A DNA stretch of 64,000 nt from Nitrospirales bacterium. GTDB taxonomy: Bacteria > Nitrospirota > Nitrospiria > Nitrospirales > UBA8639. The notes under the pieces were generated by a model. It ran no database searches, was not told the DNA's origin, and saw only the letters and a list, made by a program, of their open reading frames with translations. Below are positions 9,806-19,204 of the stretch, piece by piece (within the stretch, counting starts at the first letter, position 1; every line of letters begins with the position of its first letter). The stretch lies in the NCBI GenBank assembly GCA_965215405.1, contig OZ244060.1:309833-373832 (forward strand), written 5' to 3'. The position numbers and the translations under genes were made by a program.

Positions 9806-9920
9806 GGGATTTCTTCAGCGCGAACCGCTGACCAAACGATCACGTCCATCCCGCCAGTGAGCGCCGATGCCGATCTCGTCGCGATTGTCGGTCAACGCGT
9901 TGATCATCTTGCAGACGAGG

Positions 9921-10379
9921 TCAACGTTTCGGTGCAGTCGTCGCCACCTCGATTTCGTCCGCAAAGCCGTCTTCTCCTAAATACAGGGCTTTGCAGCCCG
10001 GAACATTTAATATCCCGTCGGCAAACCTGCGATCCGCCGTGACCAATACGGATTCCGTCGTTTCGGCGCAGGCAAGATAGAGACAGTCGTAAATCGGGCG
10101 ATCAAGATCCTGCGCAATCCGCGCCGCACGCGCCACGAGGGTATGAGCTGGATACAGCCTGACGATCTCACTCAAATGTAAAAGTTCATCCACGTATGGC
10201 CTGGCATCTTGAAGCTCGTTCAGGCGGACTTTTTTCCAGATAGTGTTGGCGAACTCGGCCGGCAGGACATCGGGCGCGTGCAGTTCGAGATGGGGGACAA
10301 GCAATAGACGGGATTCTTCGGACAGCGACTCGGGTACAAACCATTTGACGACAACGCTGGCATCGACGGTCAGCTTCAC
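9921..10379 (-). CDS. vapC: PIN-domain toxin (VapC/FitB-like)
   Basis: MKLTVDASVVVKWF start, IYDCLYLA and LVTADRRF acidic positions. Overlaps the upstream antitoxin stop by 4 nt. Confidence 0.85.
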   Translation of the reverse strand: MKLTVDASVVVKWFVPESLSEESRLLLVPHLELHAPDVLPAEFANTIWKKVRLNELQDARPYVDELLHLSEIVRLYPAHTLVARAARIAQDLDRPIYDCLYLACAETTESVLVTADRRFADGILNVPGCKALYLGEDGFADEIEVATTAPKR

Positions 10380-10609
10380 CTGTCTCGATCTTCTCGCAAC
10401 AGCTCGACGCTGTCGGTTTGGGGCCCGTCAGCCATGCCGGCAATCCGGCGCGTTCTCTCTTGAAAGTCGGCGATGCTGACGCGGCGGCCAACCTGATGCG
10501 TCAGCACGTAACGAACCTCCGCTTCCAGCGAACGCTGGTTGGTCTTCGCCTGCGCCTTCAACGTTTCAATCACGTCGTCATCAAGGTTACGGATTGTTAT
10601 ATTTCCCAT
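10376..10609 (-). CDS. Ribbon-helix-helix antitoxin (FitA/VapB-like)
   Basis: MGNITIRNLDDDVIETLKAQAKTNQRSLEAEVRYVL is the canonical FitA/Arc-type RHH N-terminus. Coupled to the PIN gene. Confidence 0.8.
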   Translation of the reverse strand: MGNITIRNLDDDVIETLKAQAKTNQRSLEAEVRYVLTHQVGRRVSIADFQERTRRIAGMADGPQTDSVELLREDRDR

Positions 10610-10695
10610 AGTCCGTTCTCCTGCCTGGGGGACTTCAATATGACAGCATATTGCCAGCGAAAAATCAACAAAAATGCAGATGACCTGTAACTATG

Positions 10696-10812
10696 GGGCT
10701 TCGGGCGTCGCGTGTCCGAGATGACATTGGTGTCAAGAAGATACATCCGTTCACTCGAAACTCATCACTGCGCGATAGTGGTGCCTGGTGCGTGTGGCAC
10801 ACAGACGAATCA
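10696..10812 (-). pseudogene. Scar of an older vapBC pair (antitoxin tail plus first 17 codons of a PIN toxin)
   Basis: Reverse strand: ...AVMSFE* then, 5 nt later, ATG (10746) MYLLDTNVISDTRRPKP. Similarity is lost after that point. It lies directly after the hsdR stop. Confidence 0.5.
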
Positions 10813-13335
10813 TTATGCTGCAAACTGATTCAGTGAGACGTAATCTTTGACGTACTCGGGAATAAGCGCACGGTATTCCTTCGGTACTGCCCGGTAGTCC
10901 TGAGTGGAAAAGACCGGAGAAGTGGCCAGGCTGGCGAACTGCCGCTCGTCGATGATCTCGCGGGTGTAGCGGTCGGTGGTGTATGCCTTGAAGTAGGTCT
11001 TGATGGCCGGGATGGAGTCTGCCCGTGCCGGCACGTGGTCGACGACAAATTTGGCAAATTCCTCTTCCAGCAGTTCGTCCCTGGATTTGAAGCGTGGGAT
11101 GACGTCAAAAATCTTTTCCAGAATCTCACGCAGGTTCAGCCGGCGGTCCGCGGCGGTGGCACGGCGCAGCTTGTCGAGGGTGTAATATTCCTCGGGCTTG
11201 TCGAAGACCTCTCGATTGACGTAGTCGATGACGTGGTCCCATTGCCCGGCTTCGACGGCCTTTGCAATGGTTTCGTTGTCTCGCACCGTGGACGCAAACC
11301 TGTCGAAGAACATCCGGTCGATTTTCATCCCCTCCGGACCGATGGGCTGTTCGACGATTCCTTCGAGGCTGTCACGACCCAGATGTTCGTAGTTCCAGGA
11401 GGATGGGGGCAGGTCCGGGCCGGCGGTGCCTTGCCTGGCCCGAGGCCGTGGCAGATCCAGAACTTCGTCGTAGTTGAACCCTGTCTCGAAATACTCGCAG
11501 TTGGCGAAGAAATCGAAGAGCTTGTATGCGGTCTTTTCCGACGAACCGACGTCCTTTTTCAAGGCATCATCCCGCAGCAATTCCAGGAAATCGTGCCTGC
11601 GCGTGCCGCGACCCTTGATCTGAATGAAGTCGGTGGGTGAGAAAACAGGCCGGAACATGCCGAGATTCAGGATATCGGTACAATCATAACCGGTCGTCAT
11701 CATGCCGACCGTCACACAGACACGGGCCTTGCTCGTCTTGTAGTCGGACCGGAAGTTGCCCGAGCCGAGCAGGTTGTTATTGGCAAAGTTAATGGTGAAC
11801 TGCTGAGCGTGGGGTACGTGCGAGGTGACCTGCACGGCAAAATCCGACTGGTACTTCCCAGGGAACAGGCGGTCAGCCATCTGATTGAGGATTTGGGTCA
11901 GCCTGGCCGCGTGGTCCTGACTGACGGCAAAAACGATGGATTTGCCGACCTCTCCGCTGATCGGGTCGCGCAGGGCATTCTCAAGAAAGGTCTGACAAAA
12001 CAGTTGGTTGGTGTCTTCGGCAAAGAAGCCTCTCTCGAAATCGCGCTGCTTGTAGGTTTTCCGTTCCTCCTCGCCGCTGTCATTGGTGAACGATACCACA
12101 AAACCCGCTTCTGACAGGAGTTGGGTGGTAACTTCCGTACGCGCGTCCACCACTGTGGGGTTAATCAGAAAGCCGTCCTTTACACCGTCGAGCAGTGAGT
12201 AGCGAAAGGTTGGCTCTCTGTTTTCGCAGCCAAAGGTGCGATAGGTGTCCAGCAGCAGCCGACGCTCGGTCTCGCGCGGGTCGGCGGCACTGGCATGATC
12301 TCTGCCTTTGAGATAGTCGCGGGGCGTGGCGGTCAGGCCCAGCTTGTAGCCGACGAAATAGTCGAACACGGCCCGGGCATTGCCGCCGATTGAACGGTGC
12401 GCCTCGTCGGAAATCACCAGGTCAAAGTCCGTGGGGGAGAAAAGCCGTTGGTATTTATTATTGAACAGCAGAGCCTGGACCGTGCTGACCACGATTTCGG
12501 CCCGCCGCCATTCGTCTCGCTTCTCTTTGTACACGACCGTCTGAAAGTCCTGGGACAGCAGGGCCGAAAAAACCTTTTTTGCCTGTTCTTCCAGTTCAAG
12601 GCGGTCCACCAGGAACAGCACACGGCGGGCATTGCCGGAACGCAGAAACAGCTTGACGACCGCTGCGGCGGTGAGCGTCTTGCCCGTTCCGGTCGCCATC
12701 TCGAACAGAAAGCGGTCTTTACCGTCCCGTACCGCCCGTTGCAGGGCATGGACGGCTCTAAGTTGATAGGAACGCAGAAAGCGTAACCCGTTGGCCTGGA
12801 TGAAGCCGGGGCGCTCGTCTTCGTTCTTCCAGGCTGCCTCGGATGCGTAGCCGGGCCGCTGGGTGAGCACGATGTAGTCGTCTCCGACCCGCTCATCAAT
12901 CAGGCGCTGGGGCTCGGGCGTAAACGTCTGGTAGCCGGCCATCGAGTCTGGCGTCGGGAACGCGGGGATGGGGCACGGGTTGCCGCGCTCCAGGTCCCAG
13001 AAATAGTGCAGATTTCCGTTCGAGAGTATAACGAAGCGGCAGTGCTGCGAGCGGGCGTACTTACGGGCCTGCTCTTTGCCAACCAGCGGATTCTTGTCCT
13101 CGGCTTTGGCCTCCAGCACGATGAACGGGAAGCCCTTGGCGTCGAGCAGGAGGAAGTCGATAAAGCCCCTGGTGGCGTTCTCGAAGTTCTCACCCAGGGC
13201 GTCCAGGTCGGACTCCTTGATCGTGACGTTTGGTTCGAGACAGACGTTGGGGGGGTTGTCTCCCTCTGCGAAGAAACGCCATCCGGCTGCTTCAAGCCGC
13301 TTGTTGATCTTTATGCGGGCCGTTGCTTCGTTCAC
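10813..13335 (-). CDS. hsdR: Type I restriction enzyme R subunit (nuclease + SF2 helicase/translocase)
   Basis: N-terminal PD-(D/E)xK-like IDFLLLD...IVLEAKA; helicase motifs MATGTGKT and LVISDEAHRS; 840 aa. Confidence 0.92.
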   Translation of the reverse strand: MNEATARIKINKRLEAAGWRFFAEGDNPPNVCLEPNVTIKESDLDALGENFENATRGFIDFLLLDAKGFPFIVLEAKAEDKNPLVGKEQARKYARSQHCRFVILSNGNLHYFWDLERGNPCPIPAFPTPDSMAGYQTFTPEPQRLIDERVGDDYIVLTQRPGYASEAAWKNEDERPGFIQANGLRFLRSYQLRAVHALQRAVRDGKDRFLFEMATGTGKTLTAAAVVKLFLRSGNARRVLFLVDRLELEEQAKKVFSALLSQDFQTVVYKEKRDEWRRAEIVVSTVQALLFNNKYQRLFSPTDFDLVISDEAHRSIGGNARAVFDYFVGYKLGLTATPRDYLKGRDHASAADPRETERRLLLDTYRTFGCENREPTFRYSLLDGVKDGFLINPTVVDARTEVTTQLLSEAGFVVSFTNDSGEEERKTYKQRDFERGFFAEDTNQLFCQTFLENALRDPISGEVGKSIVFAVSQDHAARLTQILNQMADRLFPGKYQSDFAVQVTSHVPHAQQFTINFANNNLLGSGNFRSDYKTSKARVCVTVGMMTTGYDCTDILNLGMFRPVFSPTDFIQIKGRGTRRHDFLELLRDDALKKDVGSSEKTAYKLFDFFANCEYFETGFNYDEVLDLPRPRARQGTAGPDLPPSSWNYEHLGRDSLEGIVEQPIGPEGMKIDRMFFDRFASTVRDNETIAKAVEAGQWDHVIDYVNREVFDKPEEYYTLDKLRRATAADRRLNLREILEKIFDVIPRFKSRDELLEEEFAKFVVDHVPARADSIPAIKTYFKAYTTDRYTREIIDERQFASLATSPVFSTQDYRAVPKEYRALIPEYVKDYVSLNQFAA

Positions 13336-13534
13336 GTGCTTCCCTGTCGATTATCGTTCTGGCCCTGACTGATTGAAACAGCCCTCTTCCCGAACGCATG
13401 AGGCCCGTTCAGGGCCTTGAGCCGTGACGCGCCACGACAAAGACACCATGGCATCTTATGGAAAGTGACGATCTGCTCCTTCTCCGCTGGCTCACCACCG
13501 GAGCCTGCCGCGGGGTTGCCCGTTGAAAGTCCGT

Positions 13535-15010
13535 TCAGGGCAGCGAGGCGGAAGCCGTCAATGAGACGAGTGGCCACGGATACAGCCCGAATATCACGAC
13601 CCCAGCGACGGCAACGGCCAACGCCACGGTCGCGGTCGGGGACAAAGCCAGGCGCGTTTCGCGCTCTGGGTCGGACGTCGGTTCTCGCATGTACATGACC
13701 ATCACGACGCGCAAATAGTAGAACGCAGAGACTGCCGCAAAGATCAACCCGACCACGGCCAGCCAGGTCAGGCCGGCATTCACCGCGGCCATAAACAGAT
13801 AAAATTTTCCTATGAATCCGGCAGTCGGCGGAATGCCCGCGAGCGAGACCATAAAGAGCAGCATCAGAAACGCCGCGCCCTTGTGGCGTTTGGCTAAACC
13901 GGCGAAGTCGTCCAAGTCTTCTCCTTCACAATCCCCTCGTCGAAGAATCGCAACAAGGGTGAACGCCCCAAAGGTCATGAAGGCATAGACGGCCAGATAC
14001 AGCATCATGCCGGACACGCCTTTTGCCGACGCCCCGGCTTCGGTTCCGACCCATCCCGCCACGACCAACCCGATCAACGCGTAGCCGGCGTGAGCAATGC
14101 TGGAGTACGCCAGCATACGCTTCACGTTCGTTTGCACGATCGCCACGAGGTTCCCCAGGATCAAGGTCAGGACACACACGCCCAAAATCAGTCCGCTCCA
14201 ATTCGGTTTCATGCCTCCAAAGCCTTCAAGCATCACCCGAAGGAACGCCCCGAAGCTCGCGGCTTTTGACGCCACGGCCATAAACGCGGTCACCGACGTT
14301 GGCGCGCCTTGATACACGTCCGGTGTCCACATATGAAACGGCACGGCCGACACTTTGAATCCGAACCCCACAATTACCAGCGTCAGGGCAATGAGTATCA
14401 TCGAATCGTCAAGGCCCCGCGCGCCGATCACCGCGGCAATTTCTACCAGACGCGTGCTGCCGGCGGCTCCAAAGATGAGTGAAATGCCGTAGAGCAAAAG
14501 GCCCGACGAAAACGCTCCTAAAATAAAGTACTTGGCCGATGATTCGACGGACCGGGCTTCAAATCGCTTGAAGCCCGCCATCACGTAGAGCGGGATGGAC
14601 ATCAACTCGATGCCCAGATAGATGACCAACAGGTCGGCACCGGAGACCATGATCAGCATTCCGGTCAGGGAAAGCAGCACGAACCCGTAGAATTCGGCCA
14701 GATCCATCCGCTCTTCCTTGAGATACCCGATGGAGAGCAGGATCGTCATGCCACTCACGACGTAGAGCAACAGTTTCCAAAACGAGGCATACCTATCCAC
14801 CACCACGAGATCGCTGAACGCATAGACCCGGTCACCCAGGCTGCTCGCCGTGACGATGAAACACACCGCGAGCGTTGCGAGACTCATCCATGCCAGCAGA
14901 TCTTTCCTGGTCGATGGAGTGACGGGCTCCAGTACCAATAAGAGGCAGGCGACGAACGCGACGATCAACTCCGGGGCAATCGTTACCAGATCCGCGAGAG
15001 GAATCGTCAT
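13535..15010 (-). CDS. nuoN: NADH-quinone oxidoreductase subunit N
   Basis: 491-aa polytopic antiporter-like protein, last gene of the nuo operon, overlapping nuoM by 4 nt. Confidence 0.9.
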   Translation of the reverse strand: MTIPLADLVTIAPELIVAFVACLLLVLEPVTPSTRKDLLAWMSLATLAVCFIVTASSLGDRVYAFSDLVVVDRYASFWKLLLYVVSGMTILLSIGYLKEERMDLAEFYGFVLLSLTGMLIMVSGADLLVIYLGIELMSIPLYVMAGFKRFEARSVESSAKYFILGAFSSGLLLYGISLIFGAAGSTRLVEIAAVIGARGLDDSMILIALTLVIVGFGFKVSAVPFHMWTPDVYQGAPTSVTAFMAVASKAASFGAFLRVMLEGFGGMKPNWSGLILGVCVLTLILGNLVAIVQTNVKRMLAYSSIAHAGYALIGLVVAGWVGTEAGASAKGVSGMMLYLAVYAFMTFGAFTLVAILRRGDCEGEDLDDFAGLAKRHKGAAFLMLLFMVSLAGIPPTAGFIGKFYLFMAAVNAGLTWLAVVGLIFAAVSAFYYLRVVMVMYMREPTSDPERETRLALSPTATVALAVAVAGVVIFGLYPWPLVSLTASASLP

Positions 15011-16584
15011 CGCGTCTCAGCCTTTGTCACGTCGGCTCCCGGGGCAGACCGAACGGCGTCGAGGGTCGGCGACGAGGGAGGCGCAGCGTCCGCCACCGTG
15101 ACTTTCGCCTGCCGTTGAATCAGATGATCGACGCTGGCATGCATCACGTCCAGCAGCGGCCTGGGATACAACCCAATCCAAAACACGAAGAACGCCAGGG
15201 GCGCCAACAGGCCGATTTCACGCCAGTTCACGTCATAGAGCCCGGACGCCACGCGTTGCGCCGGGGTCCCGTACACCACGCGCTGCAACATCCATAATAT
15301 ATACACTGCCGCGAGAATGACCCCCAGGGCCGCCGCCGTTGCGACGGCCTTACTCCACATAAACGTCCCCACCAGCACGAAAAATTCGCCCACAAAGCTG
15401 TTCATGCCCGGCAACCCCACGGAGGACAACGCGAAGATCACGAGAAACGAGGCAAAAATCGGCATGGACGCGGCCAATCCCGAATTGTCGACGATCGCGC
15501 GGCTGTGCGTCCGTTCATAAAGAATGCCCACGCACAGAAAGAGCGCGCCGGTGGTGACGCCGTGATTGACCATTTGCAGGATGGCGCCTTCGATCCCCTG
15601 GGCGTTGAACACAAAAATGCCCAGCGTGACAAATCCCATGTGGCTCACGCTGGAATAGGCGATCAGTTTTTTGAGATCGGCCTGGGCAAAGGCCATGTAG
15701 GCGCCGTAGATGATCGCCACCACCGACAGGAAGAGCACCACCGAGGTAAACTGCCGCGTGGCGTCCGGCAGCATGGGCAACGAGAAACGCAGAAATCCAT
15801 AGGCACCCAATTTGAGCAAGACACTTGCCAGCATCACGCTGCCCGCGGTGGGAGCCTCCACGTGGGCGTCCGGCAACCACGTATGAAACGGAAACATCGG
15901 CACTTTCACGGCAAACGCGGCGAAGAAGGCCCAAAACAACCAGGCCTGCAACGAGGGCGGATACGCGGCGTTGCTCAGCGTCAGGATATCGAAAGACCGT
16001 TCTCCGGCGTAAAAGTAGAGCACGATGATCGCCACGAGCAGCAGGACGCTCCCGGCCAGGGTATACAGAAAAAACTTTATGGCCGCGTACACGCGATTGG
16101 GTCCGCCCCAGATCCCGATCAGGAGATACATGGGGATCAGCATGGTTTCCCAGAAAACGTAGAACAACACAAAATCCAGCGCGACGAACACGCCAAGCGT
16201 GGCGGTTTCCATCACGAGCAGGCTGATCATGAATTCTTTGACCCGCGTCTCGATCGACGTCCAGGAAACCAGGACGCAGAGTGGAGTCAGCAGAGTGGTC
16301 AGCAGCACCAAAGGCAGGCTGATCCCATCCACGCCCACCGCGTAGTTGATGGAGGGCGACGCAATCCATTGACGCGTTTCGACAAACTGCATGGCGGGCG
16401 TGGATTCATCAAACAGCACCCACAGTGGGAGAGACACCAGGAACGCCAGCGATGAAATCCCCAGGGCCATCCATCTGGCCATGGCTTCTCTGGCCAGGAG
16501 AATCGCTGCCACGCCCAACAACGGCAGGAAGACGACCAGGGTCAGCCAAGGGAATCCGCCGGAAGCCACTGTCACGTCGATCAC
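15007..16584 (-). CDS. nuoM: NADH-quinone oxidoreductase subunit M
   Basis: 525-aa antiporter-like subunit (…FFLYTLAGS…WLPDAHVEAPTAGSV…) between nuoL and nuoN. Confidence 0.9.
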   Translation of the reverse strand: MIDVTVASGGFPWLTLVVFLPLLGVAAILLAREAMARWMALGISSLAFLVSLPLWVLFDESTPAMQFVETRQWIASPSINYAVGVDGISLPLVLLTTLLTPLCVLVSWTSIETRVKEFMISLLVMETATLGVFVALDFVLFYVFWETMLIPMYLLIGIWGGPNRVYAAIKFFLYTLAGSVLLLVAIIVLYFYAGERSFDILTLSNAAYPPSLQAWLFWAFFAAFAVKVPMFPFHTWLPDAHVEAPTAGSVMLASVLLKLGAYGFLRFSLPMLPDATRQFTSVVLFLSVVAIIYGAYMAFAQADLKKLIAYSSVSHMGFVTLGIFVFNAQGIEGAILQMVNHGVTTGALFLCVGILYERTHSRAIVDNSGLAASMPIFASFLVIFALSSVGLPGMNSFVGEFFVLVGTFMWSKAVATAAALGVILAAVYILWMLQRVVYGTPAQRVASGLYDVNWREIGLLAPLAFFVFWIGLYPRPLLDVMHASVDHLIQRQAKVTVADAAPPSSPTLDAVRSAPGADVTKAETR

Positions 16585-16591
16585 AATCCTC

Positions 16592-18490
16592 TCATGAAAA
16601 AAGCAGGTACGCGGTTAAGATAATGACCGCTCCCATGGTCATGCCGAGCGCGTAATTCTGCGTTTCACCGGTTTGAATCAAACGGGCCATCCAGCCCCAC
16701 CAGGCAAACCCACGAGCCACGCCATTGACCGCGTTGTCGATGACGGCGACGTCCACTTTTTTCCACATCCGGTCCGCGAGCACGAACGTGGGATTCACAA
16801 ACGCCTTCTCATAGGCTTCATCCACGTACCACTTGTTGAGCGAGCCGCGATATAACCCGCGCCATCGATTCATCAGACGATCGGGACAGTCGGGTGACGT
16901 CACGTAGACGACGTAGGCCGCGGCAATGCCGATCAGGCCGGCCAACGTCGTCACCAGCATGATGCCCGTGGCGGCCGCGCCGTGGTGCCCTCCGTCTTCA
17001 CCGCCGGGGAAGGCCCGTTGCAGAAAATCCGGAATGCCCAGATACCCCGTCGCAATACTGAGGACGGCCAACACCAGCAAAGGAGCGGTCACGACGAAGG
17101 GTTGTTCCCGCACGTGGTCGGCGTGACGCGGATCGACTCGGGACTCTCCCCAAAAGGTGACAAACACCAGACGAAAACTATAGAAAGCCGTCAGTCCCGC
17201 CGTGAGGATTCCCGCTCCCGTGAGGATTTGACCCAATGCTCCCGCGTTCCAGGCGGCCAGCAACAATTCGTCTTTACTGAAAAATCCAGCGGTGAAGGGG
17301 AATCCGGCCAGTGCCAACGAGCCAATGATAAACGTCCAATAGGTGATGGGCATTTTATCTTTCAGCCCGCCCATTCGTCGCACGTCCTGCTCATGATGGA
17401 CGGCCAGAATGACGGACCCGCATCCCAGGAAGAGGAGTGCCTTGAAGGCGCCGTGCGTCAGCAGGTGATAGACGCCGGCAACGTATCCGCCCAACCCGCA
17501 CGCCATCATCATGTACCCGAGTTGACTCAGGGTCGAATAGGCCACCACGCGCTTCATGTCGTTTTGTGTCAGAGCAATCGTGGCGCCGATCAACATGGTC
17601 ACCCCTCCCACGACCGCCACGACGTCCATGGCCACGGGAGACACGTTATACAGGGAGGCAAACCGCGCCACCATGAACACGCCGGCGGTTACCATGGTGG
17701 CGGCGTGAATCAGGGCGGAAATGGGAGTGGGACCTTCCATGGCGTCCGGCAGCCACACGTGCAGCGGGACTTGAGCGGACTTTCCGGCGGCACCCACGAA
17801 CAGCAGCAGGCAGATCAGGGTCATCGCGGACACGGCCCACCCACCGCCGAATGCTCCCAGCAGATCGATTGTGACTTCGGCTTTGGCCGCGGCCCCGGTG
17901 AACACCGGCTGGTACTGCACGGTTCCAAACACCGCAAACACCAACAGGACGCCGAGCAGAAATCCGAAGTCACCGACTCGATTGACGATAAAGGCCTTGG
18001 TCGCCGCGGCTCTTGCCGTGGGCCGTTCATACCAATGACCAATCAGCAAATAGGAGCACAGTCCGACCGCTTCCCAAAACACAAACAGTTGGAGGAAGTT
18101 GTCAGACATGACCAGCATCAGCATGGAGAACGTAAACAACGCAATGTTGGCAAAGAACCTCGCGTAGCCGGGTTCGCCGTGCATGTACCCGATGGTATAG
18201 ACGTGCACCAGCCCACTGACGATGGTCACCAACAACAACATGGCCGCCGTCAACTGATCGACGTAGAACCCAAGACGAATGGTGAGATCACCGGAAGCCC
18301 CCCACGTATACAAAGGGACTTCCAGCACCCGTCCGTCGGCGACTTCCGAAAAGGCGAGAACCGACAACAGGAAGGACGCCCACACGGCAGGCACGGCGAT
18401 CAGATGTGCGCGCTCCTTCAAGACGTGCCCGGCCAGGCTGATCACGATAAAAGCCAGAAGGGGCAAGAGGGGGATCAAGACGTACGGCAT
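16592..18490 (-). CDS. nuoL: NADH-quinone oxidoreductase subunit L
   Basis: 632-aa antiporter-like subunit (…WLPDAMEGPTPISALIHAATMV…) with a long C-terminal extension. Confidence 0.9.
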   Translation of the reverse strand: MPYVLIPLLPLLAFIVISLAGHVLKERAHLIAVPAVWASFLLSVLAFSEVADGRVLEVPLYTWGASGDLTIRLGFYVDQLTAAMLLLVTIVSGLVHVYTIGYMHGEPGYARFFANIALFTFSMLMLVMSDNFLQLFVFWEAVGLCSYLLIGHWYERPTARAAATKAFIVNRVGDFGFLLGVLLVFAVFGTVQYQPVFTGAAAKAEVTIDLLGAFGGGWAVSAMTLICLLLFVGAAGKSAQVPLHVWLPDAMEGPTPISALIHAATMVTAGVFMVARFASLYNVSPVAMDVVAVVGGVTMLIGATIALTQNDMKRVVAYSTLSQLGYMMMACGLGGYVAGVYHLLTHGAFKALLFLGCGSVILAVHHEQDVRRMGGLKDKMPITYWTFIIGSLALAGFPFTAGFFSKDELLLAAWNAGALGQILTGAGILTAGLTAFYSFRLVFVTFWGESRVDPRHADHVREQPFVVTAPLLVLAVLSIATGYLGIPDFLQRAFPGGEDGGHHGAAATGIMLVTTLAGLIGIAAAYVVYVTSPDCPDRLMNRWRGLYRGSLNKWYVDEAYEKAFVNPTFVLADRMWKKVDVAVIDNAVNGVARGFAWWGWMARLIQTGETQNYALGMTMGAVIILTAYLLFS

Positions 18491-18494
18491 GGCA

Positions 18495-18800
18495 CTACCA
18501 CTTCAACAAGCGGAAATCATCGACGTTGACGCCGGCGTGATGGCGGTAAAGAGCAATAATAATGGCAAGACCCACGGCCACTTCGGCGGCAGCCACGGTC
18601 AGGGCGAAGAAGACAAAGACCTGCCCGGCCAGGTTGCCGAAATGGGAGGAAAAGGCTACAAAATTGATATTCGTGGCATTGAGCATCAATTCAATAGACA
18701 ACAAGATGACAATCAGGTTCTTTCGGACCAGGACGCCGACGAGACCGATGATGAACACCAGCCCGCTCAACGCCACGTAGAATTCCACGGGCACGCTCAT
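18495..18800 (-). CDS. nuoK: NADH-quinone oxidoreductase subunit K
   Basis: 101 aa; LSIELMLNATNINFVAF and AAAEVAVGLAIIIALYR are typical NuoK segments. Confidence 0.9.
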   Translation of the reverse strand: MSVPVEFYVALSGLVFIIGLVGVLVRKNLIVILLSIELMLNATNINFVAFSSHFGNLAGQVFVFFALTVAAAEVAVGLAIIIALYRHHAGVNVDDFRLLKW

Positions 18801-18886
18801 GAGGCTGCCTCATCTCGTCTTGTCATGGCCTTCATTCTCATCACGCACGCACTCGGCGGGGCGAAGACGTCCATTGAGGTGACGCG

Positions 18887-19204
18887 TCAGATCCGAATAT
18901 CCTCTCGCGATTCCCACCAGGCTTTCACGTTATCAAATCGTCCCATTCGATCTTTGATTTTCAAAATTTCTTTGGGGTAGAAATCAAGCATTCTCTCGCA
19001 AAGCTGAAGCATCCGTTTCTTGCGCGAATATCCATCAATCAATTTGATATGGTTTGAATTGGCTGTTTGAATCCGGCCCCACCCCAACGCACCCGAAGTC
19101 AAACGTTCCCCGTCCAGGTATTCGACAGGAGAAAAAATGACGTCGTCCCTGATTTTTCTTGCGGCTTCCAAATAGTGACCATCATAGTAAAAAGAAGACT
19201 TCAT
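18887..19204 (-). CDS. Hypothetical 105-aa protein, translationally coupled to the upstream DNA methyltransferase (candidate small nuclease or other partner; function unknown)
   Basis: ATGA start/stop overlap with the methyltransferase at 19201-19204. Visibly more AT-rich than the flanking nuo genes. No motif recognised. Confidence 0.55.
   Translation of the reverse strand: MKSSFYYDGHYLEAARKIRDDVIFSPVEYLDGERLTSGALGWGRIQTANSNHIKLIDGYSRKKRMLQLCERMLDFYPKEILKIKDRMGRFDNVKAWWESREDIRI

Noticed and set aside
9806-9920. A 30-codon ORF (ATG 9907, MINALTDNRDEIGIGAHW…) between the PIN gene and hsdM-S.
   Set aside because: It is short, has no ribosome-binding site and no recognisable similarity. It is probably intergenic sequence.
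15505-18529. Long plus-strand ORFs opposite nuoL/nuoM (316 aa and 515 aa). Similar antisense ORFs lie opposite hsdM-S (8819-10042), the TonB-dependent receptor (38613-39863), nuoG (23684-24556) and nuoCD (27937-28845).
   Set aside because: They have Arg/Gly/His/Pro-rich low-complexity composition, typical of the antisense frame of GC-rich genes. The opposite strand carries unambiguous conserved proteins.
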